64,000 bases of DNA from an uncultured bacterium (GTDB lineage: Bacteria; Desulfobacterota; Desulfobaccia; Desulfobaccales; 0-14-0-80-60-11), in NCBI GenBank assembly GCA_937943575.1, contig CALEAV010000007.1, positions 9,969 to 73,968 on the forward strand, written 5' to 3'. The notes below the pieces were generated by a model. That model had not been told where the DNA came from. It ran no database searches and saw nothing but the letters and a program-made list of their open reading frames with translations. This document shows positions 51,624 through 60,213 of this stretch, in pieces. Every line of letters starts with the position of its first letter. Positions within the stretch are counted from its first letter, which is position 1. The position numbers and the translations under genes were made by a program.

Positions 51624-54331
51624 CGCCCCAGTTTCCATTCCAGCCGATCCCTAAGAAATCTGAGGGTCAGCCGGTCCAGACGGCACCCTGGAGGAAAACG
51701 GGCCAGGAAGTAGTTGTCCATCAGGTTGGGCTGCGCCGGGTTGATCAGCTCCGGGTGATAGCTGCACCAGGAGGCCGGGTAGCCCAGACCGTCGCGCCGG
51801 CGGTCGCTGGCGTAGCTTTGCCCGTCATAGTCGGCAAACCGCCGGGGGATGGGGCCGCCGGCCCGGGACCGGCGCTTGCGGTTCACTTCGAATAACACCA
51901 GGGGCAGGTCGGCATACAGATCATCCACGCCGCCATTGTCCCGGTCGGAGAAGGCGTGCACGAATTCATGCAAGGGATCCAGGATATAATCCACGGGCGC
52001 ATGCAGGGTCGCCACTCCCGGTTCCCGGGGCCGGCGCCGGTGGTGGTGTCTGGCCCCGTCGTAACGAAATGGGCGGCCCTCTGAGGCAATGTCGTCCACG
52101 GTGTAAGAGGCCGAGCAGCGCCGGTGGCCGGGGGAATGATAGAACACCAGGCAGACGTCGGCCTCAAGCAGCTCCGCCGCCAGATAAGCCCGGACCCGCC
52201 CCCGGTCCGGCTCCATGACGCCGCCGGCCAGCTGCCGGCACAGGGCATGGGCCGCCTCCACTGTGTCCGGGGCGAACCGGGCCGCCACCCGGATATCCAG
52301 GGCGTACGGGTGCAGCAGGGTCTCCCGCTGGCCAAAGAGCGAGCGCAGGGCCTGAGCCACCGCCCGGTGGAAGCGCTCCCGGCGGCTGAGCAGGGGCTCG
52401 GCCTGGAAGCCCCCCCGCCGGGTCTCCACCACCGGATTGGCCAGCAACAGAATGGTAAACCGGCGCTCCGCGGGCTTGCTCTCATCCCCCGGATAGATTT
52501 CGGTAAACTCCCCGGGAGCCGCCTCCACCCGAAGACTCACCGGGTCGCTATGCACCCCGTCCGGCCGCACCACCCAGCACAGCACCTCCCCCAGGGGCAC
52601 CGTGGCCGGCAGCCGGTCCACCAGCAGGAGGTGGGGCAGACTCAGCGTGGGCAGGACGGACACCCGGGCCGCCGGGGTCCAGAACTCCAGGCGGCTCCCC
52701 GGCAGAAAATCATGGCCCTGCACGGCGAAGAAATCCTCCCGCCTCGCCGGACCGGTGCGAATGAGATACCGGCCGCGGCCGCCCCGGGGCCGGTCCAGGG
52801 CGAAGGCCAGCCGGGGGAAGGCCGGCATGGTGTTCAGGGCCGCCCGGACCAGCTCTCCGAACTCGGTGGGCCGGCGGCGGGAGCCGTCCATGATGTAGGT
52901 GCGCCAGGTGACCTGGGCGCCGGTGGGCAGGGTGCGGCTCCCGGTGCCCCGCTCCACCAGAAGCGGCTTATCGGCCCAGGACCAGGCGGTCCAGCCTGCC
53001 AGGCCCGGCCAGACGCCGTCCCGGAAGCGGTGCCGATCCCGGAGATACTGCTCCAGCTCAATCCCCCAGCGGAGTTGAGCCGCCTCGCCCCCCCACTCGG
53101 TGATGAAGATGGGATGGGCCTCCCGGAGGCGGGGAAAGCCGAACCAATAATCCCAATCGGCCCGGGTGGCGGTGCTGCGGCCGGGAGTGGTGTGGTGGTA
53201 GACGTGGGCGGCATAGACGGCGTTGGGCAGGGTGCGGCCGCCGGGCAGGGGCACCGGAAAATGGCGCAGGTTGAGGGCCCAGTCCCAGCCGCTGACAAAG
53301 AGGAGGGCCCGGCCGTGCTCCCGGTGGATCACCTGCTCCAGGCGCCTCACCCAGGTGTGCCAATGGTCCACCCATTCCTTTTCCGTGGCCAGCCGGGGGG
53401 TCACCGCAGCCTGATCGTCGGCCAGGGGGACGTGAGGCTCGTTGAACAGGTCGAAGAGCACCGCCGGCTCCCGCCGGTAGCGGCTGGCCAGCAGCCGCCA
53501 GAGGCGCACGGAGTTCTCCTCCGGCAGGGGCGGCACCCGGTTCACCGAGCCGTCCGCCAGGTGCCCGAAGTCCCGGCGGGTGTCGAACCACTGCAGGTCC
53601 AGGAGCGTATAGGCGCCCTCATGGGCGGCCCACTCAATGATGCGGTCCAGGTTGGCCAGGTAATCCTCCCGGGTGAGGGCCCACTCCTGGTTGAGGGGCA
53701 GGCGGATGACATTGGCCCGCCAATGGCGCACGATCTCCCGGATGAGCTCCCGGGTGATGCCCGCGCCCTCCCGGGAGGTAGGCCGCCTCACCCCGGTGGG
53801 ATCGAGAGCCCCCCGGTCGGTGTATTCCATACCGGAGAGGTTCACGCCCCGGAGCACCACCGGGTCGCCGTCCTCGTTCACCAGGCGGTTGCCGTCCACC
53901 CGGAGCCACTTCAAGCTTCCGGAGAGGCGGCGGCGCACCGGCGGCAGGCGGGTGCCCGGGGGGGCCAGGTAGATGGCCGGGGCCTGCCGGAAATCGTGGG
54001 CCGCCAGGCTCTCCTCCTCCCCTCGGCGGCCCGGCGCGGGGCCGTCATAGGCAATGGCCCGGTAGTAAAGGTAAGGATAACGGCGGAGCGCCCGCCAGGC
54101 GGCCTCATCCAGGCGGTAGCGGGCCCGGCCCCGCTTCACCGGGAGGGGCCCTTCGTCCCGGGAGGTGGAGAAATTCTCCGGCCGGCGCCGGTTCGCCAGG
54201 GCGCCGTTGAAGAGCACCGGGTCGGTGGTCACCTCCACCTCGCAGAACTGCCGGTCCGTGGTGATGGTGAAGGCCGGAGGCGGCCCGGTGGGGTCCACGG
54301 TGGGACGCTCAGCCCGGATGCGCACTGCCAT
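51620..54331 (-). CDS. Multidomain protein: N-terminal beta-rich domain, GH5, IPT/Ig-like domain, HExxH metallopeptidase (M64-like)
   Basis: LRGVNLSGMEY, ANVIRLPLN, FDLFNEPH, YAAHVY, PIFITEWG, WTAWSW; C-terminal HEFVHAFSD...DDLY, NLMD. No signal peptide seen. Confidence 0.8.
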   Translation of the reverse strand: MAVRIRAERPTVDPTGPPPAFTITTDRQFCEVEVTTDPVLFNGALANRRRPENFSTSRDEGPLPVKRGRARYRLDEAAWRALRRYPYLYYRAIAYDGPAPGRRGEEESLAAHDFRQAPAIYLAPPGTRLPPVRRRLSGSLKWLRVDGNRLVNEDGDPVVLRGVNLSGMEYTDRGALDPTGVRRPTSREGAGITRELIREIVRHWRANVIRLPLNQEWALTREDYLANLDRIIEWAAHEGAYTLLDLQWFDTRRDFGHLADGSVNRVPPLPEENSVRLWRLLASRYRREPAVLFDLFNEPHVPLADDQAAVTPRLATEKEWVDHWHTWVRRLEQVIHREHGRALLFVSGWDWALNLRHFPVPLPGGRTLPNAVYAAHVYHHTTPGRSTATRADWDYWFGFPRLREAHPIFITEWGGEAAQLRWGIELEQYLRDRHRFRDGVWPGLAGWTAWSWADKPLLVERGTGSRTLPTGAQVTWRTYIMDGSRRRPTEFGELVRAALNTMPAFPRLAFALDRPRGGRGRYLIRTGPARREDFFAVQGHDFLPGSRLEFWTPAARVSVLPTLSLPHLLLVDRLPATVPLGEVLCWVVRPDGVHSDPVSLRVEAAPGEFTEIYPGDESKPAERRFTILLLANPVVETRRGGFQAEPLLSRRERFHRAVAQALRSLFGQRETLLHPYALDIRVAARFAPDTVEAAHALCRQLAGGVMEPDRGRVRAYLAAELLEADVCLVFYHSPGHRRCSASYTVDDIASEGRPFRYDGARHHHRRRPREPGVATLHAPVDYILDPLHEFVHAFSDRDNGGVDDLYADLPLVLFEVNRKRRSRAGGPIPRRFADYDGQSYASDRRRDGLGYPASWCSYHPELINPAQPNLMDNYFLARFPPGCRLDRLTLRFLRDRLEWKLGR

Positions 54332-54332
54332 C

Positions 54333-55133
54333 TCAGCCTCCGGCAATTTCCCGGGCCAGCGCCGCCAGGGCCGTGGCCAGCGCACCCAGATGCTCCTCTC
54401 CCGGCATCAGGGGCAGCGCGGCCACCCTGTCTGCCAGGTCCCGGGCCGCCGGGGCCAATTCCGGCAGTCGCCCGGCCAGAGAGGAAAGGCCGTCCACCAC
54501 CCCCTTCACCGCCCCGGCCACTGCCTCCGGGCTTGCCGGCGGGTCCGCCAGGAAGGCCGAGATCCTGGCCAGGGCCGCGGCCGCTTCCTTGGCCGCCGCC
54601 GGGGGAACCTCCCGGGCGAGGGCCTCCTGCAGGGCCTGGGCCGCTTGGAGGATTGCCCCAAGGCCCCGGGTGCGCCCCTCCTCCCACAGCTCCGGGGGGA
54701 GCGGGCGCACCGACAAGGACAGGGTGCTCAGGCTCTGGGCGGGAAAGAGGCCCGGGGCGGCCACCTGCAGGCCGGCCCGGTTCTCCTCCACCTGCAGCGC
54801 CGCCCTGAGGTCCAGACGGGCCTCGGCAATGACCCGGTCCCTCAGGCCCCGGGAGCCGGCCTCCAGGGCCTGGAGCAGGGCCTGGAGGATTTCTTCCACG
54901 GCCACCCCCCGGCGTCGGGCCACGGCCTCTTTCAACTTCTCCCGCACCTCCCCCAGCTGGCCGGCGAGCTTCTCCACCAGCGACTTGAGGCGGGCGTTGT
55001 CCCGCTCCAGGGCCGCCCGCTCGGCTACGGCGGCATCCCGCTCCCGCCTGAGGCTCTGGGCCAGGGCTTCCGCCACCTCGGCCCGCACCTGGGCCAGGGT
55101 GGCCTGGCGCCGGTAGAAGTCCAGCTCCGCCAC
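54333..55133 (-). CDS. Coiled coil, helix/beta-hairpin module, helical tail (hypothetical)
   Basis: GTG start 1 nt after the upstream stop; VEEILQALLQALE...IAEARLDLRAAL...LSTLSLSVRPLPP. Confidence 0.75.
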   Translation of the reverse strand: MAELDFYRRQATLAQVRAEVAEALAQSLRRERDAAVAERAALERDNARLKSLVEKLAGQLGEVREKLKEAVARRRGVAVEEILQALLQALEAGSRGLRDRVIAEARLDLRAALQVEENRAGLQVAAPGLFPAQSLSTLSLSVRPLPPELWEEGRTRGLGAILQAAQALQEALAREVPPAAAKEAAAALARISAFLADPPASPEAVAGAVKGVVDGLSSLAGRLPELAPAARDLADRVAALPLMPGEEHLGALATALAALAREIAGG

Positions 55134-55134
55134 C

Positions 55135-55914
55135 TCACTCCTCCTCAGCCCTGACGGTGGGGAGGAGGCGGAAGGTCATACGCAGGGTGGAGAGGGCTCC
55201 GGGCTCCACCCGGCCTGCCTCCGGGGTGACAAAGCGGGGCTCCGCCTCCCCGGTGCGGGGGGCCTCCAGCACCCCCCGGGCCTCCACCTCCAGGGAGGTG
55301 AGGGCGGCGGTAAACTGCTTCCCCGGCGCCGCCCGGCCCTCCGCCAGGCCCTCCAGCACCCCGGCCAGCTTGCCGGCCAGGTCCGTGGGAAAGACATGCC
55401 CCACCACCCCCCGCTCCGCCAGCCGGTCCTGCAGCCGGGAGATCTCCTCGGCCAGTTTCAGGCGCTCGGCCTGCCAGGTCTGGCGCGCCGCCTCATGCTC
55501 CCGGGTGAGCTGCTCCAGGGCCGCCTTCACCGCCTGGGAGACCTGCCGCTCCACATCCGCCTTGACCTGGGCCAGGTCCTGGAGGGCCTGGTCCCGTTCC
55601 CGCTTCCAGACCTCCGCCACCTCCCTGATGGTCCTGAGGCTCCCCAGCTCCGCCTCCTTGAGGCGCAGCTCCTCCTGGGCCCTGGCCAGGGCGGCCTCCA
55701 GCTCCCGCACCCGGCCCTGGGCCAGCTCCGCACGCTCCCTGAGCTCGGCATTGAGGGCTTCAGTGCGGGCCAGGGCCTGGCGGGTGTCCTGCAGCTCCTT
55801 GGTGGCGGCCTCCAGTTTGAAGGTCAGCTCCCGGCGGGACTGCTCCACCAGGTTCAGCTGGGTGCGGACCTGGGCCAGCTCCAGTTTGACGCGTTCCAGT
55901 TCTTCGGGCGGCAT
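55135..55914 (-). CDS. Long coiled coil plus C-terminal helix/beta-hairpin module (hypothetical)
   Basis: About 175 aa heptad region, then TDLAGKLAGVL...LTSLEVEARGVL...LSTLRMTFRLLP. Confidence 0.8.
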   Translation of the reverse strand: MPPEELERVKLELAQVRTQLNLVEQSRRELTFKLEAATKELQDTRQALARTEALNAELRERAELAQGRVRELEAALARAQEELRLKEAELGSLRTIREVAEVWKRERDQALQDLAQVKADVERQVSQAVKAALEQLTREHEAARQTWQAERLKLAEEISRLQDRLAERGVVGHVFPTDLAGKLAGVLEGLAEGRAAPGKQFTAALTSLEVEARGVLEAPRTGEAEPRFVTPEAGRVEPGALSTLRMTFRLLPTVRAEEE

Positions 55915-55917
55915 GGC

Positions 55918-56565
55918 TTAAGTTCCCGGCCCGCCGCGGTGCTGCAGCACCCGGGCCGTCTCGTCGTCCACCTTCACCAGGGCCCGCAAACTCACCGCCC
56001 CGTCTTCTTCCGCGGTCTGCACAACATACCAGGCCCGGGCGCCGCCGTTGAAGTTCACTGTCACCCGGGGCTCGGGGCGGCCTTGGGCGTCGGTAAACAG
56101 ATACGGCAGGGCCGCGGCCAAGGCCGCCTCCGCCGTCAGCGCCGGGGGGGCGGCGGCCGCTCCCGGGGGCGGCACCGCCACCACCGCCAGCTTCACGGTG
56201 CTGGCCGCCTGGAGGTCATAAGAGAACTGGTTGGTGTAGCGGGCATTCACCGGCTGGGCCCACAACCGGGGCAAGGGCTTCCGGGGCACGCCGGCCACCC
56301 GGGGGGGCTCCGCCTTGGGGGCCGGCTGCTCCAGGGCCAGGGCGATCCTGAGCTCCAGCTCGGTCCGGGGGATTTGGTACCAGGTGGCCTCGAGGCCGTA
56401 CTGGGAGAGCACCGGGTCCTCGTTGATGAGCTTCTGGATCTCGATGGAGTGGCGGTCCAGCTCGGCCTGGGCCCGGCCGATCCCGGAGCCCAGGGCCACC
56501 AACAGCTCCTCCAGAGGCGTGGAGATCAGGTCGGCGATCTGCTGGGCGGGAGTTCCGTTGGGCAT
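55918..56565 (-). CDS. DUF2589-like protein with C-terminal PepSY-like domain
   Basis: PLEELLVALGSGIGRAQAELD...WYQIPRTELEL...FSYDLQAASTVKL..VPPP, then LTAEAALAAA...WYVV...VKVDDETARVL. Confidence 0.7.
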   Translation of the reverse strand: MPNGTPAQQIADLISTPLEELLVALGSGIGRAQAELDRHSIEIQKLINEDPVLSQYGLEATWYQIPRTELELRIALALEQPAPKAEPPRVAGVPRKPLPRLWAQPVNARYTNQFSYDLQAASTVKLAVVAVPPPGAAAAPPALTAEAALAAALPYLFTDAQGRPEPRVTVNFNGGARAWYVVQTAEEDGAVSLRALVKVDDETARVLQHRGGPGT

Positions 56566-56581
56566 GAGGTTCCTCCCGGCG

Positions 56582-57190
56582 TTACGGCGTGCGGGTGACG
56601 GTGGGCGGGCTGGTAAAGGTGTTCACCGTGGTCACCGCCGGCTCCAGGCGGGAGGGCGGCGGCACCGGACGCATCACCGCCCGGAGCACGCTGGCCCCCT
56701 GGGCCTGATAGCTGTATTTGTTGGCGGTGCGGTAGTCCACCGTGCCGGCATGGGCCCGGCTGCGGCCCAGCCCCAGGAAACCCGCGGCCCGGCCCCGGGT
56801 CTCCGTCACCCGCTCCTCCCGCATGGTGATGGAGAGGCGCACCTCGATGGTGGCCTCGGTGAATTGGTAGAAGGTGGGCAGCAGACCCGCCTGGAACATG
56901 CTCATCTTCACCGGCGGGGCGCCGGTGGCGGTCACCCGGGCCCCGGTCACCGGCACCCTCTCCGTGCGGATGCCCCCGGCGCCGTCGGGCACCGTCACCT
57001 CCACGGTGCGCACCTCCGGCTCGATGATCTCCGTGACGTCGGTGAGCACCTCCACCTCGGTGTTCACCAGTGTCTTCATGGTTTCCAGGGAGTTGTGATC
57101 CAGGGCCGCCTGGCCGTCGGCGATGGCCACGGCCAGGTTGCGCACCAGTTCGGCAAAGGGCAGATCCAACAGATCGCGGCCGATGGCCAT
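56582..57190 (-). CDS. DUF2589-like protein, paralog 2
   Basis: GRDLLDLPFAELVRNLAVAIADGQAALD...GLLPTFYQFTEATIEV...YSYQAQGASVLR..RPVPPPSRL. Confidence 0.75.
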   Translation of the reverse strand: MAIGRDLLDLPFAELVRNLAVAIADGQAALDHNSLETMKTLVNTEVEVLTDVTEIIEPEVRTVEVTVPDGAGGIRTERVPVTGARVTATGAPPVKMSMFQAGLLPTFYQFTEATIEVRLSITMREERVTETRGRAAGFLGLGRSRAHAGTVDYRTANKYSYQAQGASVLRAVMRPVPPPSRLEPAVTTVNTFTSPPTVTRTP

Positions 57191-57211
57191 AACGACTCCT
57201 TTGTGCCCCGC

Positions 57212-57841
57212 CTAGCTGATGCTGACGGCTGCCGGCTGCCCCTGCAGCATGGGCAGGCAGTTGATGGTGAGCACCCGGGGCGTCAGACGACTGGGCGGCG
57301 GCACCGGTTTCAGGGTGGTCCGGAGCAGGCTCGAGCCCTCCGCCGAGTAGGAATAGGTGTTGGCAGTCTTGTAATTCACATGGGAGGCAAAGGAGGCGGA
57401 GCCCCAGCCCCAGGAGGCGCTGGCCTCCAGGGAGGCCCCCACCTCAAATTCGCTGCTGCTGGTGGTCTTCTGGGAGATGGACATCTTCACTTCAATGATG
57501 GATTCGGTGAACTGGTAGAAGGTGGGGGAGAGCCCCGCCTGCAGGAGGGTCATGTCCTCCGGGTCCATGCTCTCAAACTTCACCCGGGCGCCGGTGACGA
57601 TGATGGTCTCCCGCTGGGGGTTGCCCTCCTGGTCCCGCACCGTCACCTCCACGGTGCGGAAATCCGGCTCGATGATTTCCTGGATCTCCTGGATGATCTT
57701 CACTTTTTCCCGGGCCAGCATGCGGGCGGTGGACAGCGAGGTGCGGTCCAGGGCCAGTTGGCCCTTGGCGATGGCGAAGGCGAGGTTCATCACCATCTCG
57801 GGAAAGGGCACGTCCAACAGGTCTCTGCCGACACTTCTCAT
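57212..57841 (-). CDS. DUF2589-like protein, paralog 1
   Basis: GRDLLDVPFPEMVMNLAFAIAKGQLALD...GLSPTFYQFTESIIEV...YSYSAEGSSLLRTTLKPVPPPSRL; strong AAGGAGG RBS. Confidence 0.75.
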   Translation of the reverse strand: MRSVGRDLLDVPFPEMVMNLAFAIAKGQLALDRTSLSTARMLAREKVKIIQEIQEIIEPDFRTVEVTVRDQEGNPQRETIIVTGARVKFESMDPEDMTLLQAGLSPTFYQFTESIIEVKMSISQKTTSSSEFEVGASLEASASWGWGSASFASHVNYKTANTYSYSAEGSSLLRTTLKPVPPPSRLTPRVLTINCLPMLQGQPAAVSIS

Positions 57842-58029
57842 ACAACCTCCTTGTCAGTGAGCTGGCCGGACCGCAGGCCCGGAAGAAGGTGAAAGTTCCC
57901 GGAAAAGGGGTCGGGGCGCAGCCGCCCCAGCCCTTTCCCCACCCTCGTCTCCCCCCTGCCGCCGGGTGACGGGGAGTTTGAGAGGAGGGGGCCATTGGCC
58001 CTGCTGCCCTCCCCCCAAAAATTGCAGGT

Positions 58030-60213
58030 TCAGGCCGCCGGCTGGCCCCTCTCCCGGGCCAGGAGCTGCCGCACGGCGTTGAGGGCGAAGTGCTTCTTTA
58101 AGGCCCGGGCCGCCTTGCCCTGGGCGTCCAGCTGCACGCCGCCCACGAAGGACAAAAGCGGGCAGGCCTGAAGAACCTCCCTGCCCCCCGGGGGCATGCC
58201 GATGATGAAGCTGCCGCCCGCCGTGGCCATGAGCACCAGGCCGCCGTGGCGGGCCACGTAATCCTGGAGCAGCCGGGGTACTTCCGGGCCGGCGCGGCCG
58301 TCGGCGGGCCGCACCAGAAAGAGCTCCGGCTCCGGCCCGGCAGAGACCGCCGCACCCTGGCGCCGGGGCTGGCCCCTCAGGGCCAGATGCCGCACCTGCT
58401 CCAGGGTCTCTTCGCCCACCGTCTCCAAGGCCCGCTGCCAGGCCTCCTGGCGGCGCCAGGCGGAAAAGCCCTGGTCAGTGAAGAGCAGACGCACCTGGTG
58501 CAGCGGCGGCAGGGGGATGTGCGGCCACAGGGGGCTGGGCCCCACATACGGCACCCCCAGGGCGGCGCAGGCCAGGTCCAGATCCGGGGCGCCGGTGCCG
58601 GAAAAATCAATGGCCAGGCACATGTGCGCCAGGGCCGGCGCCAGCTCCTCCATAGAGAGGCGGACCACGCTGTCCGGGTCGCCGCCGGGCCGGGGCACCG
58701 CCACCGCCAGCCCGGGGAAGATGCGTTTAAGCAGCACCGCCAGGGGCAGCTCCGGGGGGCTCACCAGCACGTAGCCGATGGTGGCCCGGGGGGCGCCGGG
58801 GAAGAAAGGCGGCAGCCGCACCGGGATGCTCAACTCCTCGCCCCGCCGGAAGGCCTCCTGGCGGATCTGGAGGCTCACCTCCCCGGCCCGGCGCTCCGCC
58901 AGCTTCAGGCTCACCTGCACCCCGGAAGGGAGGGGGGCCAGGGTCTCGGCCACCGCCCCCTGAACCTCCGGGGGCAGGTCCTCCAAGGCCGGGCTCCCCT
59001 CCCCCGCCCGCCAGGTGATGAGGCGGCCGCGCACCGGCGGGCGCCGGGGCGGCGCCTGGCTGAGCACCCGCTCCCACTCCGAGGCGATGCGGTCCCAGCT
59101 GTAGCCCAGGGCGAACTCCCGGGACCGGCGGCTTTTTTCGGCCAGCAGGGCGCGGTCGGCATACAGGGCGCTTAAGGCCGCCACCGCCGCCTCCCGGTCC
59201 ACCAGCCCCCTGACCAGCCCGAATTCATCCACCACCCCGGCCTCCGCCGGCAGGGCGAAGCCATGCCCCGCCACCAGCTCCCGGCTGGCGGTGTAGCCCA
59301 GGGCCAGCGGCACCACCCCGGCGCTGGCGGCCTGGAGGTTGGGGAGCCCGAAGCCCTCCCCCCAGGAGGTGAGGAGGTGCACGTCGGCGGCGGCGTAGAT
59401 CTCCGCCAGCCGCTCCAGGGGGATGCCCCCTGAGGCCCGCATGCGGAAGCCCGGGGTGAAGCGCACCCTGGCCGTCAGCCCCAGGGCGTCGATGTCCTGC
59501 CGCAGGTCGTAGCGATAGAGGTCGCTTCTGGCGGCGTCGTCATCGGGGTCGGCGTGCAGGTGCAGGAGGACATCCGGCTTGTCATGGGCGAAGGCGGCAA
59601 AGATGTCCAACAGGCGGGGCAAAAGTTTGCGGGGTTGGTTGCGGGCGTCGGAAAGCACCACCAAGCGGCCCTCGTAGCCCAGGCGGGCCTTGGCCGCCGC
59701 CTTATCCGGCGGTGGCCGGAAGAGCTCAGTGTCCACCCCGTGGGGGATGTAGGCGGCGGCGATGCCGCAGGCGGCGGAGACCTCCAGGCCGAAACGGCTC
59801 ATGGCCACCGGCAGGTCCGCGGCGGCCAGCACCTTCACCCAGCCGGCGGGCAGGCGGCCTTCGGGGTCGGCCCCGTCCACCGGGTAGTAGTGCACCCAGC
59901 GGGTGCCGGAGAGGTCCAGGTAGCGCTGCACCGGCGGCTCGGTGAGGAAGCTCATCCACCAGATGTCCGCCAGGGTGATGACAAAGTGGGGCTGCAGCCG
60001 GTGGAGATACCCCAAAAGCACGTCGCTGCCGAAGCGGTCCCGGCGGATGGGATGGACGGGAATGCCCTGCCAATACGTGGTGGAGCCCTTAGCCTGCCAG
60101 CCCAGAATCTCCAGACGGTGGCCCCGGCGGGCCAGCCGGCGGCACACCTCCCGGGTCACCCCCCCGAACCCGGAAGGGGTGGTGGGACTGTCAGAGACCC
60201 ACAGAATCCGCAT
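58030..60213 (-). CDS. GT4-type (GT-B) glycosyltransferase with a ~340-aa C-terminal extension
   Basis: MRILWVSDSP..PSGFG, YIPHGVD, RNQPRK, TSWGEGFGLPNLQA, YSWDRIA; GGAGG RBS. Confidence 0.85.
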   Translation of the reverse strand: MRILWVSDSPTTPSGFGGVTREVCRRLARRGHRLEILGWQAKGSTTYWQGIPVHPIRRDRFGSDVLLGYLHRLQPHFVITLADIWWMSFLTEPPVQRYLDLSGTRWVHYYPVDGADPEGRLPAGWVKVLAAADLPVAMSRFGLEVSAACGIAAAYIPHGVDTELFRPPPDKAAAKARLGYEGRLVVLSDARNQPRKLLPRLLDIFAAFAHDKPDVLLHLHADPDDDAARSDLYRYDLRQDIDALGLTARVRFTPGFRMRASGGIPLERLAEIYAAADVHLLTSWGEGFGLPNLQAASAGVVPLALGYTASRELVAGHGFALPAEAGVVDEFGLVRGLVDREAAVAALSALYADRALLAEKSRRSREFALGYSWDRIASEWERVLSQAPPRRPPVRGRLITWRAGEGSPALEDLPPEVQGAVAETLAPLPSGVQVSLKLAERRAGEVSLQIRQEAFRRGEELSIPVRLPPFFPGAPRATIGYVLVSPPELPLAVLLKRIFPGLAVAVPRPGGDPDSVVRLSMEELAPALAHMCLAIDFSGTGAPDLDLACAALGVPYVGPSPLWPHIPLPPLHQVRLLFTDQGFSAWRRQEAWQRALETVGEETLEQVRHLALRGQPRRQGAAVSAGPEPELFLVRPADGRAGPEVPRLLQDYVARHGGLVLMATAGGSFIIGMPPGGREVLQACPLLSFVGGVQLDAQGKAARALKKHFALNAVRQLLARERGQPAA

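Noticed and set aside
52124-57892. Plus-strand ORFs of 894, 400 and 525 aa
   Set aside because: Shadows of the tightly coupled minus-strand cluster.
49242-60213. Cluster as a prophage, eCIS/T6SS or ordinary cellulose-utilisation locus
   Set aside because: No sheath, baseplate, VgrG, terminase or capsid motifs recognised, and no signal peptides or dedicated sugar uptake genes within the cluster.
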